The notes beneath the pieces were generated by a model, which made no database searches, had not been told where the DNA came from, and saw nothing but the letters and a program-made list of their open reading frames with translations. A stretch of 62,641 nucleotides of DNA, the filler included, from Choristocarpus tenellus KU-1152 (Eukaryota > Protista > Phaeophyceae), in the NCBI GenBank assembly GCA_964200185.2. It is 12 parts of 12 records of this genome, joined end to end, with 100 filler letters (N's around TTAATTAATTAA, not from the genome) between each part and the next. Parts side by side here need not be neighbours in the genome. Positions count along the whole stretch, not along the records: positions 9,797 to 14,321 come from CAXNAD020014154.1; positions 14,422 to 17,094 come from CAXNAD020025760.1; positions 17,195 to 23,181 come from CAXNAD020009233.1; positions 23,282 to 26,627 come from CAXNAD020020660.1; 8 more parts are not named here. The stretch is one strand, 5' to 3'. Shown one piece after another: positions 13,148-26,106 of this stretch (positions are counted from its first letter, which is position 1; each line of letters begins with the position of its first letter). A program made the position numbers and the translations under genes.

Positions 13148-14674
13148 TCTGATGCAACACACAGAACCGTCACAACCAGAGCCCGCAAAGCCTTCCGTCT
13201 CCTCTTCCTTACGACAACAAGCTCTGACGCAGACCCACTCGAAAAGAGACCATTTTTTTTTCAATATAAATATATATTTTCAGTGTGGCGTACGGACCAT
13301 CACTCAGCAGCGTGTCCGTCCATCTCAATCTCGGCATCGCCAATGGGGCTCTCGCAAGGTCAAACATTCGCCAGGGCAATCTCGGTGTAGAATGAAACGA
13401 GGCATCAAGAGGCTCACCGATTCCCTCCCAACACAGCACATTTCGTAGTATACTTCATCCCAACCTTCACCTCTTCACCTCTTCTCGAAAACCATGCAGC
13501 TCCCTCCCTCAAACTCCTTCGGAATAAATACATACATACAGAAGAGGACCAGACCCACCCAAGCTCTTGTCTGAATATTATACACAATGATAAGACATAA
13601 AATATAGAAGGTATGCTACTGATAGTAGTACCTGTCACTACACATGAAGCAGTGGGTGTCTCTGAACATAATCATACCACCCACCCCCCCTCCCCACCCC
13701 TGCCGCGTTCTCGCGTCTTATAAGAACTCAACAAAACAAACAAACAAACAAACACACACGTATTCTATTTTTCGAAATTGCTCTATACTCAGACAGCGAA
13801 TACATCGCGCGCTTCATCATTGTGCGATTGAGGGCGCGGAAATAACACTCTCCACCTACCTACCTACCTACCAACCAACCTAGATTAGATAGATTTCGTT
13901 TGGGGGCCCATATAATCGGCCCATCCATGAAGGGACTGTCTGTGCCACTGCGAGGCTGGCTTCGTGGCCACGTTAAGCTCCACATTCAACCGGAGGTCCA
14001 ATAGATACGGACTAAGGACAACGCCCGCCAATTTTTGCCAACACTCAACAGTTGTGTTGATGGCAATGTCTGCGTGTGCTTCATGCCTCCAAAATCATGA
14101 GAAGACTCCAAATAACGAAAGGACCAATCTAGCTCTACGAAAGGACTTCTTGAGGTACGGACGGCCATCCCTCAACTTTGCACTTTTTTTGTTTTTATCT
14201 ATACTATACTTTCAAGATAATGGGGGGGGGGGGGGGGGGGGGGGGGAGGGGGAGAAAAAAAAACACACCCAAAAACAAAAAAAAAAAGACAGCCCTCCCC
14301 TTTTCATAAAAAAAAAAAAAANNNNNNNNNNNNNNNNNNNNNNNNNNNNNNNNNNNNNNNNNNNNTTAATTAATTAANNNNNNNNNNNNNNNNNNNNNNN
14401 NNNNNNNNNNNNNNNNNNNNNCTTTGTGTGTGCGCGCGGATGTGTATTTGGACTAAGATCAGCTCCCGAAGGGACCTGTCCGTCACATTGGTAGTAAAAT
14501 ATAGTAAATAGGTGTAGTGTTGTCTATCAAAAAGCACGCAGGACCATAGCTTTCGCGCGTATAATATATTTTAGCGACGCCTCTTTCAGACTAGAAACCG
14601 TTTAGAGGATGCCATGGACTTCTTTTGTTGTGGAGTATGCAACTTAACCAACATTGACCCCGTTGGCAAGCCTA

Positions 14675-16933
14675 ATGGTTCGTAGAGTCGTGTCCGCTTC
14701 GGCACTTTTCCTCTGGTATCAGCCTCGTGACGTGGCTGGGTTTGCTGTACCCGTTCCCTTGACAAACATACCGGAAGCTAACATGTTGCTTACTGCTCGA
14801 AAGGGAATCCACTCAAGCCGGCTCCATGTCTGTGGTCGCCTCTCGTGCGTTGCTACGTCGGCGACCAATGAGTCTGGAATCCAAGAGAAGGGAAGAGGTG
14901 TGGAATCTACCTAATAGATCAAACATATCTAGGCTCCATATCGACACGATCACAATTGACCTATTAATGGCTGACGCCCGTCCTCGTCTCCTCGTTGAAC
15001 TTGCATCAGAGTCGCCAGGTAGATCGAATCAACGAAGGACGCGAAAGCGATTGACATCAACGGGAGGGCTAAAGTCACTCCCAATTGTGACGCCCTCAGT
15101 GGAACTTATATCTCACGCGAATCGTCGATCGAAGAAAATTGGGCAGGACATGAAGATCAAGAACGCACGGAATAGAGCGCGGAAGTGGACCGCTGAGAGG
15201 ATGGATATGCTTGGCAAGGCTACCTCGAATCCCCTGCGTGATATTATCCGCCAGTACAAATACCAACTCCCCATCCTTCACCCTTTTGAAGCCACGTTGG
15301 CAGACCTCACCGTAAGAGCAAGAGTGAAGGCTGGCGCGCGAACACTCAAGGCAAGGTCTAGCGGCGGTATGGATGGGTTATCGGTCCGTAGAGACTTTTC
15401 CTGGCCCTTTGATTGTCCCCTCTCTCTACTCTGCTGGTGATAATTCGCTTATGGCATACCGTCGAGGCCTTAGCCCTTAATCAAGTCATTTCACACCCAA
15501 GTTCATCTCACTCTTGACCTCAACTTCCACTTGAACCGATAGGCTGTCCTCAATGATGTCAACGAATTTCGTAAGGAAGCCCTCGAGATTAGCAAGGTGG
15601 CTGCACAGGCAGGCAAGGCTGGGGAGAGGAGGACAGACATTCTGGGGATCATGGATGATGGGTACGCCAAGATGGAGGCCCACTTCAGCAGTAAGGGTCA
15701 TGTTGTGGAGGACCTGACAGAGGTCCAGAAATCTCTCAGGGGCCTTCCCATCGTGCAGCTTCAAATACCCACTATTGTGCTGGTAAGATGAGCAAGATAT
15801 AAAGAAGGGGAGTCATCAGCAGGAGAATGAAAGGATTGACAAGCAGATAGGAGGGGGTAGGGGAGGGGTAAGGTTAGGAGGTCAAAAGAGTGGGGTGAAT
15901 GGGGGATAGATACCAACCAGGCAGTCAGCTTGCTCTGTGAAAGTAGTATTTAGGTTATCCTCAGAAAAGGAGAGTGGTCAAGAAGATTGCTGCACCATAT
16001 TACACCCTCTTCCCACTTATTGAAATTTCTGATACAATATAGTCTCGGGTTTCGTCTAGTCCTCATCCTGCTGGAGGTGGTGCTGGGAGGCAGATATTTT
16101 GATGTAAGGACAACTATGTGTTCTGTTGGGGTCGGCGCAACCCCTTGAAGTAAAGAACCCTTCTAATTTCTCCCCCACCCCCCATTCCTTCCTCCTTGGC
16201 ACCTTTCTATTTATATCCTCTTTGTCCAAGAGGATATGTGTGTGATATGTTGGAAGTCATGCACATACTGCTAGTTTGTAAGTGATACATCTTCTTGTCT
16301 TTCAGGGGAAGTATATATACTTGAAACAGATTTACTCCTCCCTGCCCATTCTTTTCCCATTGGGTTTGATCTAGCACCTCTTGGCCGTTGGGGTGATCCC
16401 TCAGGTCAAGTACCAGACGGTGAAGATTAGCAAGAAGAGATATTTGAGGTCAGATACACTTTGAATATTCTTCTCCCACCCCCTGAAGTTGCTCACCGAT
16501 ATACTTGGCTGTCCATTATCTCAACAACACCTTCCAACCTTACCCTGTGGCAGAGGTATTGATGCCCACTTCGCCCCTGCCCACATCTTCGCTCCTCTCC
16601 TCCTCTTACTTTCTCTGCCAAAGCATGCTCAGCTGTATTGGCAAATCCTGTCATGGTCAGGACATTCGTACCAATTGGATACGCAACCCATGTACGTCTC
16701 CTACTCCATTTCCCTCCACCTTGCAATCTTTAATGTGTTTTGCTGTGTAATTCACCATGTGTTTTGCTTGATTACTTCCTCTGAGAGGACAGGTGGGTGC
16801 ACCCAATGTAGGCAAGAGTTCCATAATCCGAGCCATATCCACAGGCACACCTGAGGTCAACAACTACCCCTTTACCACCCGAGGGATGTCGCTGGGCCAC
16901 CTGTTCCACCCCAAGACTGGGCAGAAGTATCAG
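14675..16933 (+). CDS. NOG1-like (Obg/TRAFAC) GTP-binding protein, probably plastid-targeted; truncated by segment end
   Basis: Exons 14675-14897, 15010 (or 15019)-15350, 15543-15782 and 16793-16933, all phase-compatible. NOG1-type LHPFE..LADL and LP.V....PTIVL|VGAPNVGKSS (G1), plus PEVNNYPFTT (G2). The N-terminus is hydrophobic and followed by VAG-FAVP. Confidence 0.85.
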
Positions 16934-17212
16934 GCAAGAGGAGGGTATGCAATGACAACAGTTGTGACAAATTGTGGATGGGGGAGGGGAGTGGGGGCGG
17001 TAGGTAGGTAGGTATGTAGGTAGGTATGCAGCGTGTGAGAGGGCCGGGGGGGCGGGGGGGGGGAAGCACTGCTAGAGCGTGACTGGGCAAGGGGNNNNNN
17101 NNNNNNNNNNNNNNNNNNNNNNNNNNNNNNNNNNNNNNTTAATTAATTAANNNNNNNNNNNNNNNNNNNNNNNNNNNNNNNNNNNNNNNNNNNNAAAAGA
17201 AAAAAAAAAAAG

Positions 17213-17276
17213 AGTTTTTTGACCGAAACGGACCCCCCCCCCCAAACCCCCCCCCCCCCCCCAGATACTTTGACCC
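17213..17276. mobile_element. MITE family B terminal fragment
   Basis: Poly-C followed by AGATACTTTGACCC. Confidence 0.7.
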
Positions 17277-17761
17277 TCCATCTTCTGATATCCAACCCCT
17301 GTAGTGTGATCAAACTCTCCAACTACAAATATCGCAACCGCACTCCCTTTCAAACATGCCAACCACGGACCCCTTCAAAATACCACCACTCCTCACTCAC
17401 TGTGCACCAATATGCTATACACAGGGACATGATAGCCTACATTTATATATATATATATATACATCTGTTATCCTCCAGGGGAATATTTTTTCCTATCAAA
17501 ACCGCACCTGATGGGATGCATGTGTATTCTGAGCTGTTTCCAGGCGACCCCATCAGAAGTCCTGAAGTGGTGCAGTGCTTTCTCTATCGTTTTGAGACCA
17601 CGCATCTTGTTGAAGAAGACTGCAATTGATTCCCCTACCATACCGTAACAATCACAACACTGCCAACACATGAGAAGGTGCAGAAGGCTACTCATTCAAG
17701 CTTTGTAGACTACCTTGCCAAATATATCGCTATGATGAAGACTGCTGGAAGGGGTACAAAC

Positions 17762-18021
17762 GAGTCAGAGTATTTAAGAGGGTAAGGCCGCATCCGTTTT
17801 GGGGTCATAAATCCAACGTTGTGATTTGGTAGATTTTGGCTATCGTGTTTGTTCGCAACTGTCAATATCCTTACTCTGGACACACCTTTCAAAACCCCAT
17901 ACATTGTTGGCAACTGTATTTACACAGAAAACAGAAAAAAGGGTTTATGAAACTATGGGAAGCTAAGCCCTGAACGGATAAACTGGGCGAAACCCCTACC
18001 CCCTCTTAAATGCTTTGGGTC
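17762..18021 (-). mobile_element. MITE family A, diverged copy
   Basis: GAGTCAGAGTATTTAAGAGGGTA...CCCTCTTAAATGCTTTGGGTC; interior alignable to family A; no TSD. Confidence 0.8.
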
Positions 18022-19586
18022 GCTATTTGCTGTGAAAATAGCTGTATATAGGTCGTACATATTTGTTCAGTCCCTTTATATAGCACAATCAAAACAATGA
18101 AGTGAAGAATCAAATTGAGGTGTATCGTGCACATTAAGCTCAAAAGTCAATGGGCTGGTGGGTGAGGTGGGGCAAGACTGACTCTTTGGATTCCTCTCAT
18201 ATTTCTCGACTGCCGTCATAGCCACAACCTTGGCAGTAGGTCCATCTGAACATTTTATCGTACGTTTCCTTGCTTTCAGGTATATTGCCACAAGTGCAAT
18301 ATTGTTTGGAATGTGTCTGTTTCTTGTTTTTGAACATACTACACCAATATTGTTGGCGTATGTAAAGGCCCCTCATTGCAAGCAATACGAGACCCTGTTG
18401 TTATGTTCGTTGTGTTCCCTGACATGTACTACCTCACCCCCTCCATGACACACCATCTGCAAAGTAGTAGTGAGGATCAAAATAGCTCTAGTTCTCCGGA
18501 GTATACAATACATTGTTGCTGTATGCACTAAATACTACCGAAGAGCCAAACTAATGAGATGTAAGACGGTTTGGGGATTTTTGCATTCCAAGCCATATTT
18601 CTACTCTATGCAATACGATTTTATTGCTTTATGTCCACAAAAGGCATGCGCAAAACTGACACTCCCTCTTTCCACACTCAAAGTGGGACACCACATTCAG
18701 CAAAGGCCCTTTGTGCAATTGTATAAAATTGCATATTTCTGCCCCTTCTCGGGATCCTTAAAATGAAACCCTGCCTGCCTCTCAGTTGGTTTGATTCCAA
18801 AGTCATATCAATTTAGGGTTAGGGCAATGGTTTCGGATAGCATATGTGACTACAAATATGGATTACTGTTTGCCACCAGATACCAGGGCAGCTGTTACAC
18901 TCGGTAGATTTTTTCCCGATACTTCATGGGCTATATATAGTTGAGCCATGTCAACTCCACACCAGCAGGCTTTGCTCAATACCTCATGCTTGAACAGTGG
19001 CAGGACAGGGAAGCACCTGCCCTATCTATCACACAAGGAGAGTCAGGTGTGGTGGAGAAGGTTTGAACAGTGGTAATTGTTAGATATGGCACCACAACAT
19101 CTTACCATCTTTGAAAGGACAAGGGTCAACTTGCATGTCAGCTTGTTTTTTTGGAGCATGGATCAGGGTTAGCTGAATACAACGGAATATGATCCCACAC
19201 TTTGTCTTGACCCCATCTTCCTCTCTACAGGCAAATGCAGTTTCTGGGGTAGGGTTTGGCATAGCAGGTCAAGGGGATCAACTGACTGTGATGCTCACAA
19301 GGCACTGGAGGTCGGATATGTTCACGTACTTCTTGCTGGAACAAAACCTGTACCTTCAGATTGTATTGTTTGCTGAACGAAGTAGTGCCCTCCTCCAACA
19401 GCACCTTCTACTATCCTCAGGGTGGGTATTGCTTCACAAGGATGCGGGTCTAGACTTATTTTGCGTATATTTCTACAACACCACGAACCGCAAGGATTTA
19501 TTGTCGAGGCAGGAGTTTACTGTGGGATGCTTTTGTTTGGTAGGTCTACTGCATGTACTGTTCTCTAGTACAATTCTCCCAATACA

Positions 19587-19843
19587 GAGTGAAAGTATCT
19601 TAGAGGGTAAGAGTTTTCCCCTGATTGTCCCTTTGGGGCTTGGCTTTCCCATTTTTTTTACGACATTTTACCTATTCCGAAACGTTTTGGAATAGGCAAA
19701 ATGTATATTTTATGAAAAGGTGTGTCCAGATCAAGGATATTGACACTTCCTAACGAACGCAACAGCCAAATTATATCCAAATTTCAACATTAGATTTTGG
19801 CCCCCAAACGGACGTGTCTCTACCCTCTAAGATACTTTGACTT
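19587..19843 (+). mobile_element. MITE family A, full copy
   Basis: Both TIRs present; TSD ACA (or TACA if the last C is lost). Confidence 0.9.
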
Positions 19844-21092
19844 ACAGGCCTGGACTACTCAAGACCCTCTGAAGAACTGGCTGCTGAGAAGTGTGTATTC
19901 AAAGTTCAAACTACGCATCTACAAAAGTCAGAAGCGATTAACCAAGAGTTCTCCCCCGAGTAAGCACAGAAAGGTGAATGATGCAGGCGTTGTTTTCCCC
20001 CCCAATTAGTTGTTTGAATGGGCATGCTTGTTCTACTTCACCAAAATTGAGGTTTTGAGGGATGTCGCTGTAGCGAAAAACGATATCATGAATGAGAGGT
20101 CAATATAATTATTTCCCGCAAATCCTTGTGTAAGTGTGAGCGCAAATGCACTATCGCAAAACCATTTGCCGTGTCCTGGTGGGAAATGCAGCAATGGCAA
20201 AAAACAAGCAAGCATCATGACGAACATTTAATCAAACAGAGTAAACACTTAGAGAGGGAGAAGGGCAAAGAAGCAACAGTTCTGGGGCGTGTCACCTGTA
20301 TGTACAGGTGTACGCTTCTGTTATTTTTTCTGCCCTTGACCATGTGGATGCGAGTAGAGGTTTCAAGCAAGCCCTGGAGTACGTATCCCCTCGATGCACA
20401 CATAGTCAGTATCTCACGAAAAGCAATATTTTTTGCGGGGATACATTGTAATATTATGTACTCCCATACTTGCATTAGTGTTGTATTAAGTACTTCGAGT
20501 ATATTTATACTATTAACAGGAAGGTTGCAAACAATGATAAATACACACACAAATACACACACTAGGATCTGTGTGCAATATCCTGCCTCATCATGACTCA
20601 GCAGACCGGGTCGTTTTCCTTCCTCTCACTTGTACTGATCATACACAGTTTGCATGGACTCCACCTTCATATTGATCCTATTCACTTGGCTGTTTGAAGA
20701 ACTAGCCCTCAATCAAGTGCCTACAAAACAATCTCCTCCAAAGCATTCCGCCCTGTGCTATGCATATGTATCGCACAGGACACAATGACTGCAAAGGTAC
20801 ACAAACATGTTGCTGGCACAAGCACAATACCCTCAGAATATGTACTATTTAGCTGGACAAAATCCCTCCTTCAACACTATCTTCTCCTACCTCCACACTC
20901 AACACTAATGATTTCTGTAATCTTCAAATATGCAGCTTCGGTCAGAAATCGATACCTACCTGTATCGACATCTTGCAATTCCTTGGGTGCAGTACATCTA
21001 TTTTCTTTACCCTCTTTACTACAATAAATATTTCAAGTACTTCGAGAACTGGGGGCTCTTTTCCCATCCTCAATGCCCAGTCGACTTTACAT

Positions 21093-22775
21093 TTATGGGT
21101 TTGAAAATTCATCACCTATACCACCAGCAAACTCTCCTTGACCAGCAGCCGATGGCGGATTGAGTGGGGAAGAGTTCCCCAGGCCAAACCACCCCTTGCT
21201 TTTGGCAACAAGACCAACGACGACTCCTACTGTTGCCACTCCCAAAGCAGCAAATGCAAGTGTCACCATCTTCTCTCCCCACCGTCCCTCACCATCGCCT
21301 ACATCGTTACTTGACCCTGCCTCTCCTTCAGAATTTGATCCAATTACTTCACTCTGATCGTCACTCGAGGTGTTGGATCCAAAGTCTCCTTCTGTGGCCG
21401 GCGAGGGGGTCACGTCCCACTTATCGATCATGAGACAGACCCCATCTAAAATGTTGACATAAACATATTCGCTTAGAATGCCTTGACTCCCACAGAAGAA
21501 CCAGTTAGATTCGTAGGGGGTTCCCCCGTCATATCTAGGGGAAAGGAAGTCAGTGCTGAAAAGGTACTGGCCATCTGCCAGACAGAGAGGTACAGTTCGG
21601 TTCTTACCTCCAAGGAGCGAGTTCAGGTAAACGCTTTCAATTATTTCACCCCCCGCCACCTTGGCATCGAGTGAAAAGTGATCGTAACGTCCCAGAGCAC
21701 CAGAATTCCAGCCATCTCCCACTTCATCCGTAAGAACTGTCTCAAAGAGGGCTTCCCCTGCAGTACATTTCCGGTGACAGTTCTCCTGAAGGGGACAGGT
21801 AACTATTGGGGAAAGAGATTCCTCGACGTCCATGTAATTGAAGTACAGCTTCACCACTACCTCTACTTCCTCCGTGAGGCCCTCAAAGGCGAGCTGGTAG
21901 GTTATGTCCTGGAGGTTTGGGTCTGTGCTTGCATCAAGGCACACGGTCGCCTTGCACTCGCCAGCCGTCTCCAGGACAACCCCGTCTGCATCCTTGCAAT
22001 AGTACGCAAGCTCAAATAAATTCTCCGTTGGAGCTGCAAGATAGCGGTTAGGTTCAACGGATCTATGGTGGGTTGAATGGACAGGGTCGAAATGGACAGG
22101 GCGTTGAAGTTTTTCGTGAACCTGAGAGCTGACCACTACATTGACCAATACTGTTTAGTATTAAATATACCAGATGATAAAGAAAGCGGCGAAGAAGCAT
22201 TTCGAGAAGGTGAGAGCTTGCACCTATTGAGGGATATGATGTATAGACGATGCGAAAAATTGGATAAGTTAGAACAGAGGTTTTGCGGTATAGATGTCGA
22301 CGAGAGACGAAGGGTTGCTGTTACGGCTCATCTACCGAGACCTGCCGAGAAAAGCTTCGATGGTGGCCTTGTAGGTCTTTTTGCTCTCCATGCTAGTCTG
22401 GACAGCCCTGGGTTACATCCAACGGTATTCCAAGTCTCTTGCGGTCGCGAGAGTAGATCGTATCCGACTTCGAGGTAATCGTGCGACCTTCGAACTGCCT
22501 AACAAGAACCTTCCCACAGTCGGAAAATGGGGCTCACCTCCGATGCCAGCTCCGTACTGGATTCGTTTGGTGCACTCGTATTTGCCCAATCCGAATACCT
22601 CTCCCCCTCCAATCAGCTCCTTACGACATACACCTCCCGCACATGACGATGGAGATACGGTGAAACTCTTGTCTAGGATGAGCTGAACGTGTGCAACGCC
22701 ACGACAAAACAACAATGGCAAGAGACAGCCCACCCTACAAAATGCAGTTGTCTTCATCATTATTGACGCTACCAT
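21093..22775 (-). CDS. Type I single-pass membrane protein with Cys-rich ectodomain and DxxGDGWN module
   Basis: Exon 22775-22538 (signal-peptide-like; G|GTGAGC, phase 1) joins exon 22150-21093 (CTAAACAG| acceptor, phase 1). Contains VLTDEVGDGWN...LCLADGQYLF, an acidic S/G linker, the TM segment MVTLAFAALGVATVGVVVGLVA and a short tail. Confidence 0.75.
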
Positions 22776-23281
22776 CAAGAAGGTCGGTTAGCCCAATTAG
22801 TACGGTTGTATTCCTGGTGATGAAAAGTGTCACTGTCCTTGAGGTAAGCGATAGAGAAGGACAAGACTAGGCTAGGAAAAATATCACTTTGTTCATGGGT
22901 CGTCTGAATGTGGTGTATCCAAATAATATTATTATAATATGCAAAATGTAAGAAGGTTTAATAGAATATATAATATATCCAAAATAATATTATTTTTTGT
23001 TATTATGGCTTCTAAAATGTGTGAAGAGAAAAGCAACGAAAAGTCAATTCAATATATTTACTACAAAAAAAAATAGAATAATTCTTCTTGATTTTGGAAT
23101 AGATACCACTATTATTGTGGAAAGCATGTTTGTCTGTTATTATAACGTTATTGCCGTGTATGCCATATACCGTTATACCGTNNNNNNNNNNNNNNNNNNN
23201 NNNNNNNNNNNNNNNNNNNNNNNNNTTAATTAATTAANNNNNNNNNNNNNNNNNNNNNNNNNNNNNNNNNNNNNNNNNNNN

Positions 23282-23323
23282 CCCCAAATGGACGCAGCTC
23301 TACCCTCTAAGATACTTTAGCTC
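23282..23323 (+). mobile_element. MITE family A, terminal fragment at segment start
   Basis: CCCCAAATGGACGCAGCTCTACCCTCTAAGATACTTTAGCTC. Confidence 0.85.
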
Positions 23324-24358
23324 TTAATCTACTCCTGTTGCAGCTGTATGGGGACCAATTACAGTCATCGGGTCAATATTGCACCATCAACTGCACCAAT
23401 CATATGTAAGGAATCTGTTTTTGCTAAGATCCCCACAACAAAAAGGTAGTATCTGATATACAACATGTTGTGTGCAAGTCACCAATTGGCCCACGAACGA
23501 AGGTGTTGTGCGTGTTTCTTGATGATAATATGTCCAGCACACTATCCCCGCCAACATGTTGCCGAAGACGTGTTAGGGAAGGGAAAAGACAAAGATCAAC
23601 AATACAACTAACAATATAACATTTTTATTGATTCACTTTTTTTGGCACATTAATAGTTCCATGAAGGATGATGAGAAACCAATCGATGGAAATAATGGTC
23701 GAAAGCATTGCGCAGATGTCATTAAAAAGAAGGAACCAACATGCCACCGTCAGACTGATGATCAAAATAACGCAAAAATGAGAGCGGGAAAAAAAGGAGT
23801 TACATATACCTGGGAAAAGTGAGGAAATACGACCAAGAAAGATAGATATTCTACGAAGTAGAGAAATAATGGAAAAGGCAAAGAAAAACGCAGAAAAGGA
23901 GTAGAAAAGTATGGTAGTAAAAGCTTCGAACAAAAAAAAATCAAATTCAGCAATTAGAGGAAGTCCAGGAACTGGTTGTACTAGTAATCGTTTCCCAGCA
24001 TGTATCACCACCGATACCAAGGTCCATGCTGCCCTTCAGTCACTCAGAAAACAGCAAGACAAAGAGGAAGAAAAGAACGTAGCCTTTGTCAATGTGCTCC
24101 TGAGTTTGCTTGCTCTCTCTACTTATCATCAGTGACCCGCTTTTTGGCTACCAAATTGCTCAGTGGAGTCCTTTGGGATGCGCTGGACATCGCATCATGT
24201 TTGTTGAGCAACACCCCCTCTCTCCTTCCGGAATCGCTTCCAACAAATGGATTATATGCAAATTGTCTCATAGCTAGATCAATATCTATATCGGACATGG
24301 TGGTTCAATCTGAAGGTCAGGGTAGGATGTACAGCAACGTTTCGAGCAAGGTGTTAGT

Positions 24359-24616
24359 GAGTCAAATTATCTTAGAGGGTAGAGCCGCGTCCAATTGGGG
24401 GCCAAAATCCAATGTTGCGATTTTGATGTAATTTGGCTTTCGTATTTGTTAGGAAGTGTCCATATCTTTGTTTCGGACACACCTTTCATAACGTATACAT
24501 TTTACCTACTCCTAAACATTTTGGAGTAGGAAAATATAATTAAAAAAACTCACGGGAAGTCAAGCCCCAAATGGACAAACAGGGCAAAACTCGTATCCTC
24601 TGAGATACTTTCACTC
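24359..24616 (-). mobile_element. MITE family A, full copy
   Basis: Both TIRs present; 3-bp TSD AGT. Confidence 0.9.
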
Positions 24617-25901
24617 AGTCGTACCGATGAGTGAGGGTGAAGTTGATGTGACACTATGTGCCCCCTTTGGGATCCTCGTAGGTGTGAGACTCTTTCTTTC
24701 CCTTTGGTGAGACCCTTGACTAGTGCAAACTTCCTCATCATCTCTGCAAATCTCACCACGCACACACCACTAGTATTCGGCCTATCACAGAGGTAGGGCC
24801 CAAGTACTCAACGACCCCTTTCCCCTCCCCCTTTCCTCACCTTCCCTAGTGGGCATTTGCATACCTAGGTATGAACAGTTTGTCCTTTCTAGAGGGAGTC
24901 TACTCCACAGTTTGATGCAAGGCTGCCCAATAATTATCCTTCCCTTTTTTCTTCTCTGTGTTTTCTGTGCAATATAGGCTAAGTAGTCTATATGGTTCAT
25001 ATGTATTTAGTGACCGATACTGCACAACAGAAATGTTGACTGAGTGGAGTAAGGGTCAATGACTTATTTCCGTGTGTTTAGAGTAATAGATTCGAATTTC
25101 GGTCAATTGATTTCTTACTACTTAATGTAAATGGCTGACTGAGGATAAATGAAGTATTGTTACTGACCTAATCACATTTTGATATGTCTGCTGACGTGCG
25201 CAGTTGATAATGAGGCAGTGCACCCCCCTATCTCACCCCCCTATCTCGAGGGATGTGCTCACTCCGCTAATAAATACATCCATATCACATAAAGCAAAAG
25301 ACTATTAGAATAGCCCTCTTTTGCATATTTTCTTCTCCACCTTCACCCCCTCAATAGGCTCAGCTAGAGCATGCAAGTCTTTCCATCTGAGGGAGGGGTG
25401 CTGTTGATCATTCGGGGTCCTTGTGGCTGCCTTCAAGTATATTTTCTCCTAGCACTCTCTAAACGTCAATTTCGCGCTTATGAGGATTAACAGTTGTTTT
25501 CTGATTTCTAGCAACAGTTTCGCAAGGGGGGTTTGTAGCATCTCAGGGGTAGGAATGGGGTATCACGCAGAAGGAAAAAAAAATAAAAGCACCCAAACAT
25601 ATCTCCCTCCAAGAAAGAGTGGATCGGTCAATACAAATGTGACTACATTGGATGGGCCTTTCATGAGGGTCTGAATCCTCACCAGCCAGTTGTGGTTAAT
25701 GTAATCTGTTGTCAGGTTTCCTCCAGGGCAATCGAGTTCTTCTCCACTAGTGTAATACCACGCAAGCCTCCTTGTATTGTCCTCGTTCTGAGTATATCGT
25801 GTCCTTGGCACAGCTATATTGGACAATATAGGTGTGCACAATCCGTAGTGCTTGTCATGTGAACTTCAGATAATCAGAAACAAATTTCCCCCCCAAATGC
25901 C

Positions 25902-25977
25902 TGTCCTTAAGGGGTTCGAACCCACGAAATTGATGCGAAGAGAATCATCCATTAACCATATATTGAGCGACAAAGAC
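25902..25977 (-). mobile_element. tRNA-like Pol III head (SINE or tRNA pseudogene)
   Basis: GTCTTTG-TCGCTCAATATATGG (A-box-like)...GTGGGTTCGAACCCC (B box)...TAAGGACA; the ends pair but the anticodon arm is irregular. Confidence 0.55.
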
Positions 25978-26106
25978 GCTCAGATATACATCTTATCCCC
26001 CCTTGCCAACAACAAAAAGTAAAATTCCCTCAGGAATCACCCCGTTCCGTGCTCTGTGCTAGGCGTTGGTGCATTTGATAGTTTTTCAGGGAGCAGTGCT
26101 GCTTGA

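Noticed and set aside
22077-22686. Plus-strand ORFs of 133 and 101 aa
   Set aside because: They are antisense shadows of the minus-strand membrane protein gene and its intron.
23330-24135. K/E-rich pogo-like transposase tail
   Set aside because: Low complexity, many stops and no catalytic motif.
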